Source: Octopus vulgaris
Lineage: Eukaryota
Assembly (NCBI GenBank): GCA_951406725.2
Contig: OX597835.1
Location: 27,590,001-27,654,000 of the forward strand
Direction of reading: 5' to 3'
DNA length: 64,000 nucleotides
The position numbers and the translations under genes are program-made. Below are positions 39,908 to 54,590 of this stretch, piece by piece. The notes beneath the pieces were generated by a model. That model made no database searches. It saw nothing but the letters and a program-made list of their open reading frames with translations, and had not been told where the DNA came from. Position 1 is the stretch's first letter. Each line of letters opens with the position of its first letter.

Positions 39908-40661
39908 GCTTCTCTACAATTGTAGAGAGCCATTTGAGCCTAAAGAGTCACATACACAGCTAAGAGTTTTATAAATATAAAACCAATGGTCACTCTCCGA
40001 CCAGTCATAACAACCAACCTTCTCTAAATGTATTACTGCTCTAATGTTTTAGAGTGCGATTCTTTTTGGGTTGTATGAACTACTGATGATATATATAAAG
40101 ATATGAAATTGAAAATGCACTTGAAGTCTTAAAGAAGTTTTATTTGCATTAACTTAGCCTCAGTTTCATAATTTTCAGTGTACCTTAAACTATCTACAAA
40201 ACTATGCAGCAACTGTCTCAAAGTTTCCCCCATAATATTTTTGAAAATTATAAAACTGTAAAACCAGATAAGTTAGGGTAAATAAAGCTTGTTAAAGACT
40301 CCAAGTGGATCTTCAACTTCACTTCTTTATGCTGCTACTCATGTGAAATAATAAGTTATTTGCTAACACACATACACACATACATGAAATAAAAAAATTC
40401 TTTCAAAGGTGCTGCTTGAAGAACTAGTAACATGAATATTCAAAACAGAAATAAATACATAAATATGTAATAGTGGAAGTGTGAAATAGTAAGGAAGATG
40501 GTCACATCAAATACACATGTGGATGGCAGAGCTGTAAATTGATATCTAACAGTTGAATGAAATTTTTTGTAATTTTCTTTGTCCTTATTTTAACTAGAAA
40601 GAAAGAAAAATTCATTAATGAACCTTACAGTCCTCTAAATATATGAAATAATAATAATAAT

Positions 40662-41225
40662 AAATGCCCTAATGCAGTACCAGACAGTGGCTCTCATGGC
40701 TTCTGATCTTAACTGATTGAAAGTGCTATCATGTACATGGTTTTGTCTTGGTATAAAAGATAGGCCACAGCAAATATTCTGCTCAATACCACAGGTTTGC
40801 TTGTCAGTTGTTTGACCATAACCAGTTGAGCATCTTCCTTAGTGGCTGATGATATGTGCATCTCTGATCACGAGCAGAAGTAGTGGGGAGCATCATAGAC
40901 ATGTGTTGAGAGGGATTCTTGGGGGTTTGAATAATTCACCTCTAGAAACATGGGTGTTTCGTTCAGCATCATTAAACAGCCATTAGTCAGGGACCTTTTG
41001 AGCAGGATAGGCTACTTGACCAGAAGAAAATTCTAAACTGGGCCCCACCTGCAAGGTCATGCGCTATTTATCTTGATATGAGATCACCATATCGCGCATA
41101 TATGGTTGTGATGCATGTGCCTAGTGTACCCTTATCTGATGGATAGTCATGATGGGTATACTGGGCTTCGTATATTTTACCCCAGTGTCACTTTGATGGC
41201 ATGCACTGCTCTCTCACTCAATGAT
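40662..41225. mobile_element. unclassified ~560-bp interspersed repeat flanked by (AAT)n on both sides
   Basis: Sharp GC-richer block between AAT runs. A partial inverted copy lies at about 57345-57440. Confidence 0.55.
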
Positions 41226-43396
41226 AATAATAATAATAATAATAATAATGTTTATAAATAATAAATGATAGATACAATATATTATAAAACCAATTATCCT
41301 TAAGTTTAATTGGGTTGTCAACAGGAAGGGCATCTAGCCATAAAACAATGTTTCAATAGCATGTTCTCATCTAACCCATGCTAGCAGGGGAAAAATGAAC
41401 AGCTATGATGGATGTGAGGTAAATTCTTTACCACAGGACCATGCCTGCACTTTCAATTTACCATTGGTAAATTTCAAACCTATAATTTTTACAACAATCT
41501 TCTGTCGATGTTAATTTAATATTTGCTGCAAGAAAGCCAAAAATCTATGAATTACATAAATTTCTGGTTACTCTCCTGATGAGAAGACAACAAAGGCAGT
41601 TTATAAACATGAGTTTAAATTGATGAAAAATGCATTCATACTTCTCCATAAAAATCAAGAATAAATTTACAAGTCCATAAGCTTAAAAAAAAAAATAGTT
41701 GATAGCTTGAAGTAACAATCTTCCTCTCTGGCTCTCTTATGAATATTTAATAAGTGGAATACTTTTACTCTATTTTGTTGATGGTAGTGTGTAAAGCTTC
41801 AATCTCCGCCTTACAGATAAGTGCAAATCTGTAACAAATTACTGAAGGCATTCATCTTGATGGAATATTTCCTTGTGATCTGATGCAAAGTGATTTTTCT
41901 CCCATACGCGTAATCCACGCAGTTTCTTTTCGGTTCTTGTGAAAATGAAGAGACCAAATTTTGAAACCACAACCTTACATTTTAATCAATAGGCGTCTAA
42001 TGATGACGCTCAAGAAATACATGAGTGCCTAGGAACCTTCTGGATTGTCACTAATGATAAACTTGGTGGTGGAGGAGGAGGAGGAAGAGGAAAAAAACAA
42101 AGGAAGAAAGAAACAACAGTTAAAAAACCTAAACTCTTCTGGTAATATTTATAATGTGATATCGAAGAAATACCATCAACTAAATTATTGATGACTAAAA
42201 AAAAAAAATATATACCTAATTGATTCTACTATACATTTGGCACCTATAAAATGTGCAAAGATTATTAGGAAAAAAAAATCTCTTACAACGCTGTGACTCT
42301 ATAATAAAAAAAGAAAAAAATATTAAAAACAGAATTAATATTTTATATGTAACATGCAAAATATATAATTTTTAGAAATTTCACAGAAATATTTGATTTA
42401 TTTAATTTTATGAGAAAAAAGATATTAATGCTTTACTACATTCAACTTTCCCAATAGTATTTTGATAACTTCTTAACGTTCTTGTTACATTTGAGGGTCC
42501 TTTTGGAAGCTGATAAAGCACATTTAACACTGGAATATAAGATTTTGATGTAGCAAAGAAAATGTTACTTCTAACAGGGATAACATACGTGTATTAGACA
42601 TTGATTAGACAATTACCTTAGTGTTTGGGGCATCTACTACACAAAATTTGAATTGATACAACATATTGCTGTTTTCAGATTAAGTATTTCGACATAATAC
42701 ATCAAATATTTTGATTATAACTGAACTTACAAATCTATATGAGCAATACACAAATATACCAACATTTCTTAATACACGAATACCTCAACTCCAGAGGGGA
42801 ATATGGCACTAAGATAGATGATCGAAATACAAAAGATGGGGTTACTAGTCCAATCAATGCAGGAAACACTAGCAATGATTCATACCAGGAATAGACATGT
42901 AATTACATGAATTCAAGGTATTGAAAGCAATAAGATGCCTTTTTCATCTACAAGAAATATTCCCAGAAGATATACCTTTTATTCATGTTGCAAACAAGCA
43001 ACTTTTTCTTCACTCATTTCAGCAATGTGAGTCAAATATCAAAGTGACCCAAGAAATATCTAAATTTCAACTCTGCTTCCAAAACTTGAAAACCAAGACA
43101 TATTACTACTTTGCCACAAGTAATATTAAAAATTGAATAAAACTTCTACAATTATTTAAAATAAAAATTCATACTTTCAAAGTTAGAAATTATTGTATTT
43201 GAAAATTCTTGGCTAAGGAATTCTTGTCATAAAATTTACATGAAACAAAATCTTTATATTAAAGAATAATTATAGAAAAAAGAAAAACTATGAATTTATT
43301 ATTCTAGAACTGAAATATTTTTAATTCAAGGAAATGAATATTTAAAATGCTTTTAATTCTTTTATAAAAAGAATTTCAAGTTATAATTCAACTATA

Positions 43397-43455
<59 letters not shown>

Positions 43456-44441
43456 CTATTACTTAACCATCCTCTTACACCATCTCCAATGAAGGGATAT
43501 AATTAATAAATATCCTGGAAACAGCTGTAAGACCTTCTATCTATAAATGTTCTAATATCTACACAGCCTTGGTTTTTTTTTTATCTCATTACGCAAAAAA
43601 GTCATATATATATATATATATATACATTTAAGTTGTGGAAGAAGTAGGCTCAGGAAGACATAGAATGAAGTATTTAAGGCCAATCTTAAAACGCTGAGAG
43701 TTATGAAGGAGATGACAGAGAACTGAAATATGTGGCACATTGCTATACTCAAGAAGACCTGCCCAACAATATAGAATTAAAATCCTAAAATCAAGGTGCC
43801 ATGTAAGAAGCACTCATGCTGGTGCCATGTAGAAAGCACTGATGATGGCACCACTTAAAAAGCACCAAGTACACTCTGTACAGTGGATGAATTTGGGAAG
43901 GGCATCCAGTTGCAAAACCCAAGCCAAAACAGACGATGGAACCTGGTGTAGCCCCTTGCCAGTTTGTATTAAGCTGTCCAACCCATTACAGCATAATAAA
44001 AGGAAGTTAACTGAAGATGATGATGAAACATATATATATCATCATCATCATCATCACCGTTTATCGTCTGCTTTCCATGCTAGCATGGGTTGGACGATTT
44101 TGACTGAGGGCTGGCGAGCCAGATGGCTGCACCAGGTGCCAATCTTGATCTGGCAGATATATATATATATATGGTGAAGGTGTGTGGCCTAGTGGTTAGG
44201 CTGTTGCACTTGCGATCACTAGATCATGGGTTCAATTCCCTGATTGGGCAGCGTGTTTTGTTCTTGAGTAAAACACTTCATTTCACGTTGTTCCAGCACT
44301 CCTTTTGATCAGGGGGAAATGTTGGCCTGCTCACCCAGCCAGTGGGGTGGCATCATTTAGAGGCTAAAAGAATGCAAAAAAAACGCATTGTGATCAGCAA
44401 TGTGCAATAACATCTGATAACGTGTTCAGTCACATGATATA

Positions 44442-44476
<35 letters not shown>

Positions 44477-44484
44477 ATATATAT

Positions 44485-44790
44485 GTGGAGGCACAATGGC
44501 CCAGTGGTTAGGGCAGCGGACTCGTGGTCGTAGGATCACAGTTTCGATTCCCAGACTGGGCGTTGTGAGTGTTTATTGAGCGAAAACACCTAAAGCTCCA
44601 CGATGCTCCGGCAGGGGGCTGGTGGTGATCCCTGCTGTACTCTTTTGCCACAACTTTCTCTCACTCTTTCTTCTGTTGGCCTGCTCGCTTAGCCAGCGGG
44701 GTGGCATCATTTGAAGGCTAAAACAATGCAAAGCGCATTGTGACCAGCGATGTGTAGCAACATCTGATAACCTGGTCGGTCACGGTGATA
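44485..44790 (+). mobile_element. tRNA-headed SINE family C
   Basis: gtggaggcacaatggcccagtggttagggcagcggactc..gtttcgattccc. Homologues at 18503-18800 and 51480-51780, older copies at 33587-33830 and 44172-44440. Confidence 0.82.
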
Positions 44791-47700
44791 TTAATATATG
44801 TATATGTAAATATATATATATATAAATATATATATATATATGCACACAGGTATGGTGATGCAAATAGAAAAAATAGAACTTAAAATATATTTTTATTAAT
44901 ATTTAGCAGAAGCAATAGAGTGACTCAAGGGCCAAGAGTTTCATGCATTGGCACTCATCAAGCTAGTTGCCGATCAAAAAGCTGTGGGTTTGTATACAGA
45001 CAGACAGGTAGATTGATTGGTTGATTGATCGATCTGAATTTTAAATCAGTGAATGTTAATCTACAACTGTACAACATCATCAAAGTTTGATAAGATATTC
45101 TGCATGTTTAATCATACAAAATAGCAGTTTTCTCTGTGAGTGCTGACACTGATATGCATTTTACAAACAAATCTCATAATAAATAATCCACAATATAAAA
45201 CAAAACAGATTCTGAAAGAAACATTATGTTTTTGTTAATTTCAAGCAAAAAAAAAAGACAAAAAAAAAACTAAGTAAGGAAGAAAATGGTTTGGGAGTTT
45301 GGGAATTAGTTTTTATTTCTAATATGTTTTCCAAACATTTTTTACAAAGCAGAGACGACTACACAACTCTTGGTGCAAATGGAACAATAGAGACCAACCA
45401 ATAATCAATTAATGACCTGCAGACTATGCAGGTGTTTGATATCTTGGAGACATTGAAAGTATACAAAAACTATGGTATTTTCTAGGTATTTTTGAGAAAT
45501 AAAAGAATCTTTACACATGAAATCCAAAACTGCAAGAATATTAAACGTTGGTTTCAAATCCTGATGCAAGTTTGGGAGAGAGGTTAAGTCAATTACATCA
45601 ACCCCAGTATTCAACTGGTACTTATTTTATCAAGCCCAAAAGGATGAAAGGCAAAGCTGACCTCAGTGGAATTTGAACTCAGAATGTAAAGACAGACAAA
45701 AATGCTGTTAAGCATTTTGCCCAGCATGTTAAAGATTCTGCCAGCTCACCGCATTAAGGTAATCGTCCCTGGTTGACCTGGGTGAGTTTGAACCAAGAAT
45801 ATTAAACTTTATTTATATACTACTGCTATTGTCAGTTTAATTATTTTCACCATGATATCAGCTAGAATGATAATATAACTAAATTGTAATATTAACATTT
45901 ATTATTTTCCAATTCTGTACTGAATCTTTGAGTTTCTCATGTGTCCTCTGGCATACCATCATCTTGCATATGTTTGCCCTTTATACATATACACACACAT
46001 ATATATATATACATATATGTATGTGTGCATGTATGTATATATATATGACCTTCTAAAATGTATTGATGTCAGATAAAACTTTATATCTTATTAATACAAG
46101 ATCTTTATGCCCAAATCCATACTCTTTAGAGACACTTGTTTAATCAGTTTTAGCATAATATCCAAGAACTAACAGATACATCAGACTTAGATTTGCACAA
46201 TTGCAATTTTACTAAGTGATTTGATCTGCTCATCTAAGAACAATATTCATTCCAAAGTTGTTGGAGTTTTTTTTTTCAATTTTTTTTTATTGTTTACTCC
46301 ATATTGTATCTCTTCTCTGTACCTATACTCCACAAACCTTTTTGTTCCGTTTCTTCCTAAAATCAACATTAAAGCCACTTCCATTAACCTGAACTCTCAG
46401 TTATCATCTAACAAAAATAATATACACACCCACTCATTCACTCTTCGGCTTAGTATAAAATTCAAAATATTCTGAGCTTCTTTTGTCTTTCCCATCACTG
46501 GTTCCCTGTTCATTAGCTAATATATTTAATGTAGCACTCAATGAGCCTTTGTTTCTAGTAACCCATCACCTAAGGACACATATGCACAGATATTAGGATG
46601 TAATCCGAAAGAATAAAAAACAGAAAACCATTTTAATTCTCATTCAATTAGACTAAATTGAATACTTCTGTTATATTTAGAACACCAGCTGAGGTTAGAA
46701 TGTCGACCAAAACTTAAGGTAAAATAATATGCAATATTAGCAAATTCAATCACAAGGATTATCTCAGCTTTTTTATTGTCTCTCTCTCGCTTGGCTTTAT
46801 ATTCATCTAAAAGATTATGGTAGCCGCAAATCAAAGATTTCCCCTCCTTCTATTTCCCTAAACAGCTATAGACAGCATGTCAACAGTTGAATTCCATTTA
46901 ACGTGTGATGGCATACCAAATGTGTGTATTTTTGTTTTATTTATTTTTCTTGCCGGTTTTTTTTTGTCCCCCCCCCCACTCTTCAACCAATATTACTCTG
47001 GCTGTTTGAAATATATCCTATACATCTCTGCCACTAAATGACATGCTATAACGGAGAATAAAAAAAGACAGGAATCTCCTTGACTATTTCATTCACGTCG
47101 GAACATCCCTTCCCTTTCCTTGCAGTGCAGCAAACGACAAATCTAACGGGAAAATTTATTGTGAAGATTTGTATCACTACATTTTACTATCTAAATAGTT
47201 AGTGAAAGGATTACAAGAATAACTGACAGGGTACGTAAAAGCAATGAGCTATAAATGGAAGCTATTCGAAGCAGGGATCAAGCCATATTAAGTTAAACCT
47301 ATAAGTTGCTTTACAATCCTTTACTTTCCATAAAAGCCTGACACCTAATGTGATTACTATAGTTTAAATATATATCAGGGATAACAACAGAATAAATATA
47401 TAAATAGGGAAATAAATAAAAAAAATCTCAAGTAAAAATTGAACTCAAATATACATAAAACCTAGCTAGGCTATAATTGGTAATGAGGTGGTGTGGTGTA
47501 GATGGTGGTGGTAGGAAGAAAGAGTAATGAAATCATTTAGAAAATTGCATACTCATATTTCTTCACACTAAAACAAAGAGCAAAAGAAGAAAAGAATAAC
47601 TTTTGAATCATATTCTTGAAACAGGGATCAAATCAAGGTTTATGCTAGACTAACCAGTTGCTCCTGTATCTATTAGATACCATTTAGAAAAGTTGCTTGA

Positions 47701-47957
47701 ATATATTCATTTATTATTTAGAAATGATGATTGAATTTATATTATTTATTATTTAGAAAAGATGGTTGGAATTATTTACTGACTGTATAGAAAAGATGGT
47801 CCGATATATTTATTTATTTAGAAAAAACGTAATTATTGTTAATAAGACTATAACATTTCAACATATTAAAAGTGGAAAAGTATGTGTGTGTGTGTGTGAG
47901 TGTATGTATATATATATGCATATATATGTGTGTAAATATATGTATATATATATGTAT

Positions 47958-47989
<32 letters not shown>

Positions 47990-48101
47990 ATATATATGTG
48001 TGTGTGTATAGATATGTATATTTATATGTATATATATATATATATGCGTGTATATATAAATATGCATATATATACGTTAACCTCTATATATACATATATC
48101 T

Positions 48102-48154
<53 letters not shown>

Positions 48155-48674
48155 TGCTGCTACTTTATTAAAGTACAAATCTATTTCAATGTGTACATAC
48201 ACACGCACACACACACATACATACACCAATGTATTTCTTTTTTGGAAGAGTGAATCTCAATGCACATAAAAATTTAAATAACAGCATGAAATGTAAATAC
48301 AAGGTTGAGAAACCTTTTTGGACAGAAAAAGGTCAAAGGCCACCCGTGGGACTGAAACACGCATTTCCTGTTGATGGGTCAACAACATACAACTCCAGCT
48401 GGTAAAAACAAAGTTTCTAAAATGGATAGGGAAATTCAGAGGAGTGCTTTGGTCCAATGGTAGGACATCTGATGGAGATGTGGGTTTGAACCCGTAAGGG
48501 ATTTTCCAACCCAATATTTACATGCTGTTATTTATAGCTGTATGCACTTCAAGATCCACTGTTCCAAAACAGAATTATTTCACATTCTTCTGAAAATTTA
48601 TAAATCCATGTCATATAATATATATTATATATATATATACATATATATAAATACATATATATATAGGTATCTGC

Positions 48675-48705
<31 letters not shown>

Positions 48706-48709
48706 AAAT

Positions 48710-48746
<37 letters not shown>

Positions 48747-49761
48747 CACTCACACATACTACCCACGCATGTATGCACACACCTGAACTATAAATATATG
48801 AATACACACACCTACACATATAAAACAAGCTATATTTAAAATTGGAAACAGAGGAGCAACTGTAATTAAAATGTTGTTTTCAGAAAAAAAAATATTGCTT
48901 ACTCGGTTTTCTTCTCTCTAAAACAAAAGTTTAAAAAAAAATAAAATAAAATATTAAATAAAGAAAGAAAAAACAAAAGAAACAGAAAGGAGTTATGAAA
49001 AAAAAAAATTAAAATAATAGTTTTAAAATATTCTTGGAAAACAAGATATGATTTTTTAAAAAAAATCTTTGCATGTATGAGACATTTTTTAATATATTTA
49101 AATGTTATGTGACTATCTTTGAGTTCTATATGCTGACAAACGTGTGTGGGAAGCTCTCGTTACAAACAAAAAGAAACAAGAAAAAAAATTGAGTTTTAAG
49201 AATTTTTTGTTTTTAATGAAAACAGAGATAACAATTTCCTGCATCATCTGATTAGTTATGTGAGTAATTACTGTTAATAATTAGTGTGTTTCAGCAATCC
49301 ATCTTGAAGGTCTTGGCGTCTCAACATGTATCTTAGAAAGTCTTCGATTGTTAAACTGAATTTGTATCTTTACTTTTTTTTTACTTTTTACCTTTTACGT
49401 GTTTCAGTCATTAGACTGTGGCCATGCTGGGGCACTGCCTTCAAAAATTCTTTTTACAGTCAAATAAATCAACACCAGTATATTTTGCTGAATTGCTACA
49501 TTACTAGGATGTAAACACACCAACACTGACTGTCAAGGAGACAAACACAAATACAAAGATATACACACACACATATATTTAAATATATATGCTAAATCGA
49601 CACAATATTTAGTCTCTCTCTCTTTATTTTCTCTTATTCCTTTCTGCTGAAGAGCATAGGCTCGAAATGTAAAACACCTTTTCACTTTCACAAGTGTCAA
49701 ACTAATACACCTTCTTGTTGTTCATACACCAGTCTTCATCTTTTGTGTTTTGGAAATTTCA

Positions 49762-49797
<36 letters not shown>

Positions 49798-50179
49798 GAC
49801 ACCCACACACACACATATATATATATATATATACATACATATATACATAAACAAATACATATATATATATACATAAACAAATACATATATATACATACAT
49901 ATATATACATATACATAGATACATACATATATATATATACATACATATATACATATACATACATATACATATATACATACATACATACATATATACATAC
50001 ATATATACATACATATATACATACATAATACATATATATATATATACATACATAATAGATATATATATACATACATAATACATATATATATATATATACC
50101 TACATAATACATATATATATATACATACATAATACATATATATATATACATACATAATACATATATGTATATATATATA

Positions 50180-50348
50180 TTTACAACAGGCTTCTTTCAG
50201 CTTCTGTCAACCAAATCCACTCATAAGGCTTTGGTCAGACTAAGGCTATAGTAGAAGACACTTGTCCAAGGTGCCACGCAGTGGGACTGAACCTGGAACC
50301 ATGTGGTTGGTAAGCAAGCTACCTACCGTACAGCCACTCCTACGCCTA
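50180..50348 (-). mobile_element. SINE family A 5' half
   Basis: ggcttctttcag...gtgggactgaacctggaaccatgtggttggtaag...cagccactcctacgcc. Similar halves at 160-325, 975-1125 and 57715-57882. Confidence 0.8.
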
Positions 50349-50611
50349 TATATGTGAGTGAAAAGTGACAATGTTCTAGTTGTTTGATCAACAGAATGAA
50401 TGATTTGTTGAATTATGATATTAAATGGTTGAGTATACCACAGTCTCTTGTCAGAGTGCCACAACACTGGGCCCCTGGATCAATACTAGCACTAAGACAG
50501 AAAGCTCAGAACAGTTGAAGCAAAAGAAACAGTTAAATGATTATACCTGGAAGGTAATCAAGAGAGGAATGGTAAGAGGTGTGGAAATGTTCTGTTGTCA
50601 ATGGTGCTGAT

Positions 50612-51130
50612 GAAAAGGAGAGGGAGGTAAGAGAGGTAGAAGGAGAGAAAGAGAGCAGAGGTAGAAGGAGGGGAGAGAGAGAGAGGTAGAAGTAGAGAGA
50701 GAAAATTAAAAAGAGAGAGGTAGGAGAGAAGAGGGGGAGAGAGGTAGAGGGAGATAGTGAGAGAGTTAGAGAGAGGTGGAGGTAGAGAGAAAGGTAAAGG
50801 GGAGGTAGAAGGAGAGAGATAGAGGGAGGTAGATGGAGAGAGAGAGGAAGAGTAGAGAGAGAAAGGTAAAGAGGAGGTAGAAGGAGAGAGACAGGTAAAG
50901 GAAGAAAGAGAAGAGAGAGAAGTAGAGGAAGAGAGTGGGTAGTGAGAGGAATGGGAGAGAGATAGGTAGATAGGGTCTGTCAGGAAGGCATAGACAGAGA
51001 GAGTAGAGAGAGAGAGAGATAGAGAAGTAGATAGAGATAGAGAATTCGATAGAGAGAGAGAGAGAGATGAAAGAGAGAGATAGAGAGAGAGAGAGAGAGA
51101 TGAAAGAGAGAGATAGAGAGAGAGAGAGGT
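50612..51130. repeat. polypurine (GA-rich) low-complexity tract
   Basis: About 520 bp of almost only A/G on +. Confidence 0.95.
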
Positions 51131-52710
51131 ACCACGCAAACAGCATCCATAACCTTATCTTCACCATTAATGACACAAACATGTTGCCCGCTGCCTCGTT
51201 AGGTAATTGCTTCAGCCATAAAACGAGACAACAGCTTCTACAGGGAAATAAAGAACTCCAGGGGAGATGAAGGCAAAGGACATTCTCCCTGCAGTGGGGA
51301 TCCTAGCTGGTTAGGGAACCATGCTGAACCACTGCCAATTTTCTATTATCTAAGCGAACAGAACGAGATCCAGCCATTCACAACAGCGGCTAACGAGCAA
51401 CAATTAGGAAATCAGGAATTCTCAAATCAGCCAGCATGTCAAATATCTTCACCAGACAGAAGCCATCTTGTACTATTATGTGGAGACACAATGGCCCAGT
51501 GGTTAGGGCAGTGGACTCACGGTCATAGGATTGTGGTTCCGATTCCCAGATCAGGTGTTGTGAGTGTTTATTGAGCGAAAACACTTAAAAGCTCCACGAG
51601 GCTCCGGAAGAGTGTGGTGGTGAACCCTACGGTACTCTTTCACCACAACTTTCTCTCACTCCTTCTTCTGTACCTGTATTTTCAAAGGGCCAGCCTTGTC
51701 ACACTCTGTATCATGCTGAATCTCCCCTGAGAACTACGTTAAGGGTACATGTGTCTGTGGAGTGCTCAGTCACTTGCACGTTTTTTAGTTAAATGAATCA
51801 ATCACAGTACTTATTTTCGTGGTCACTTTTGCTGAAGTTAAGGGGACATAAACACACCAACACTGGTTGTCAAGCTGTGGTGGTGGACAAACACAAAGAC
51901 GCATGCACACACACAGACACACATGACAGGCTTCTTTCAGTTTCTATCTAGCAAATCCATTTTGATCTGCCAAAGGTAGTAGAAGACACTTAATGCAAAA
52001 ACACTCTGCAGGCTGTGATAGTCAATAAAACAGAAATTAAATTTCAAATTTTATTCTTTCTGCGTAACCTGGCACCAAATGATACATGGACTTGTGCTGG
52101 TCTGCAGCTCAGTGGTTAGGGACCCTTGTCATAAAGCATTTTGTCTGATATTCCTACAACTCTGCCAATCCACCATCAAATGGTAGTTTCAATATTTCTT
52201 TGACTACCTGATATACATTCCATAAAACAATTTCACTAAATTAAGCATCTCAACAATCATAATCATTTGTTTGTCTCCTTCCACACATCACATGCAACTA
52301 AGTCAATATCAGCTCTCTCTCCCTCTCTCTCTCTCGCTGTCACACCTGATTATCTGGCATGGTTAAATGCCTGATAAAGCTTCCAGAAATTTTATTTTAC
52401 AGATTGGTAAATACATTTCCATCGCAGAACTCAAAGGAACTTTGCTTCCCCACTTCACTCCTTAGAGACATTGACAATAGCTGCCATAAAGCACCAGAAC
52501 ATTTGCTTTGATGTTTCCCCAAATTAGCAGTAAATTCTTCTTCTGCAATAATGGTATATCCTTGTCAAGTAATGTTTTGCATATTCCTCACTTAGCGCCT
52601 CATTAAACTGGTTCATGCCTGCTATTTATCAGATAATCCTTGCATCAATAACCAAAATGTTATTATTATTTCAACAGTGATATTATAATTATAATCATTA
52701 TTATTATTAA

Positions 52711-52743
<33 letters not shown>

Positions 52744-53321
52744 TACAACTACTTCTATTATTTTTAAAGGCAGTGAGTTGGCCAAATCATTGCAAAACAG
52801 GAAAAAATGCCTTTGCAATAATTATCCTGGCTTGTAAGGTAGTGAGCTGGCAGATTGGTTAGCACACCTGGCAAAATGTATAGCGCCATTTCAGCCATCT
52901 TTATGTCATGGGTTCAAATTCCATCAAGGTCAACTTTGCTATTTTTTATCCTTTCAGAGTCCATAAAATATGTACCAGTTAAACACTGAGGTTGATGTAA
53001 CCAGCTAACCATGACCCAACAAATTTCAGGCCATGTAGAAAGGATTATTATCATCATCATTATTATTATTATTATTATTATTATTCTATGTTTGACTTTT
53101 GCTTTATATTTGTACAAGTTAGCTCCAAGTCTCACCCAGAGACCTCAAGAGACAACAGGTTGGAAGTTCGTGATGTTGTTATGCCTAGCGTGCCATATAT
53201 TTGGTTTTGTATTTAGTGTTGTACTAGTGAATGTCAAAAAAAACGAAAAGCATGTTTGTTTTAAAACTTGAGATTACATAGAAAGTATTTTGCGTAGGAT
53301 ATGAGCAGTTCCCATGAGCAC

Positions 53322-53388
53322 TATTATTATTATTATTATCATCATTATTATCATAATTATTATTATTATTATTATTATTATCATTATT

Positions 53389-53423
<35 letters not shown>
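53322..53423. repeat. (ATT/ATC)n microsatellite
   Basis: Trinucleotide run. Similar runs at 52680-52745, 53045-53085 and 60283-60382. Confidence 0.95.
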
Positions 53424-54029
53424 GGCAGTGGGTTAACATATCAGATAAAATGTTTAATGGCATTCTCATATTCTAACGAGCATAAATCTGAATTTCTTCC
53501 TCCCAATTCATTAGATAATTGCATTCTTCTTCCAAACATCTTTTCCTGTAAGCAAATGAGGGAGCTTCTATGTTGCTACTCAAAATAGTAGAGAAATCTC
53601 CCTCAAATCACACTATCATTATTAAAAAAAATGACTTGTCCAAAAGCAGTTCTGGTTCCATACACATGGTTGGAATGCCTTTGATCATAGATCTGTCCAG
53701 TCAGAGCTAACCTGGGACTAAACAACTATGACTGCTAGCTACTGCCCTTCCTACATACATCAATTTGTTTATATTCCAAGCTACATATAGGTTCGCTCTT
53801 CGTTATATCTACATTGATATAATTCTGAAATGAATTTCCTGACAAACACAGACCAGTATACAAGACTTCAACATGAGATAACCATGGAAAATCCAGTATC
53901 AACAATATCATTGTTATTTGTGGACTGTCTTGTCGAAACATGACACTCACCAAAGAGTGGATTTAGCCTAAGAGTCTGGAGACAGGTTGGCATCAAGAAC
54001 CACAGGGGAAAAGAATGAATGTCTGGTTG

Positions 54030-54590
54030 TCATCATCATCATCACTGTTTAATGTCCATTTTCCATGCTGGCATGGGTTGGATGGTTCGGCGAGCTGGCA
54101 GAAACGTTAGCATGCTGGGCGAAATGCGTAGCCATATTTCGTCTGCTGTTATGTTCTGAGTACAAATTCTGCCAAGGTCGACTTTGCCTTTCATTCTTTC
54201 GCACTGGGGTCGATGTAATCAACTTAATCCGTTTGTCTGTCCTTGTTTGTCCCCTCTGTGTGTAGCTCCTTCTGGGTAGTAAAGAAATAGGTTCGACTGG
54301 GGTCTGGGAAGCCATGAGGCTGTACCAGGCCCCAATCTGATCTGGCAGTGTTTCTACAGCTGGATGCCCTTCCTAACGCTAACCACTCTGAGAGTGTAGT
54401 GGGTGCTTTTTACATGCCACCGGCACAGGGGCCAGAGGAGCTGGTATCAACCACAATTGGATGGTGCTTTTTACCTGCCACCGGCACAGAAGCCACTCAA
54501 AGTGTCACTGGCATCGGCCAGGTTCTGATGGTGCTTTTTACATGCTACCAGCATGGGGCTCTCAACTACAATTTCCATTTGATTTGATTT
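54030..54590. mobile_element. family-B SINE (54088-54290, +) nested in a family-D SINE (-)
   Basis: The D sequence catgggttggatggttcg resumes as ggttcgactggggtc after the insert (ggttcg is duplicated). Confidence 0.75.

Noticed and set aside
41576-41600. CTGATGAG as a hammerhead core
   Set aside because: No stem II or GAAA follows.
48257-48514. Unique GC-richer ORF on the minus strand
   Set aside because: Non-ATG start, and no phase-compatible splice sites or motif similarity found. It may be non-coding regulatory DNA.
50558-51270. S/L-rich and E/R-rich ORFs
   Set aside because: These are translations of the GA-rich low-complexity tract.
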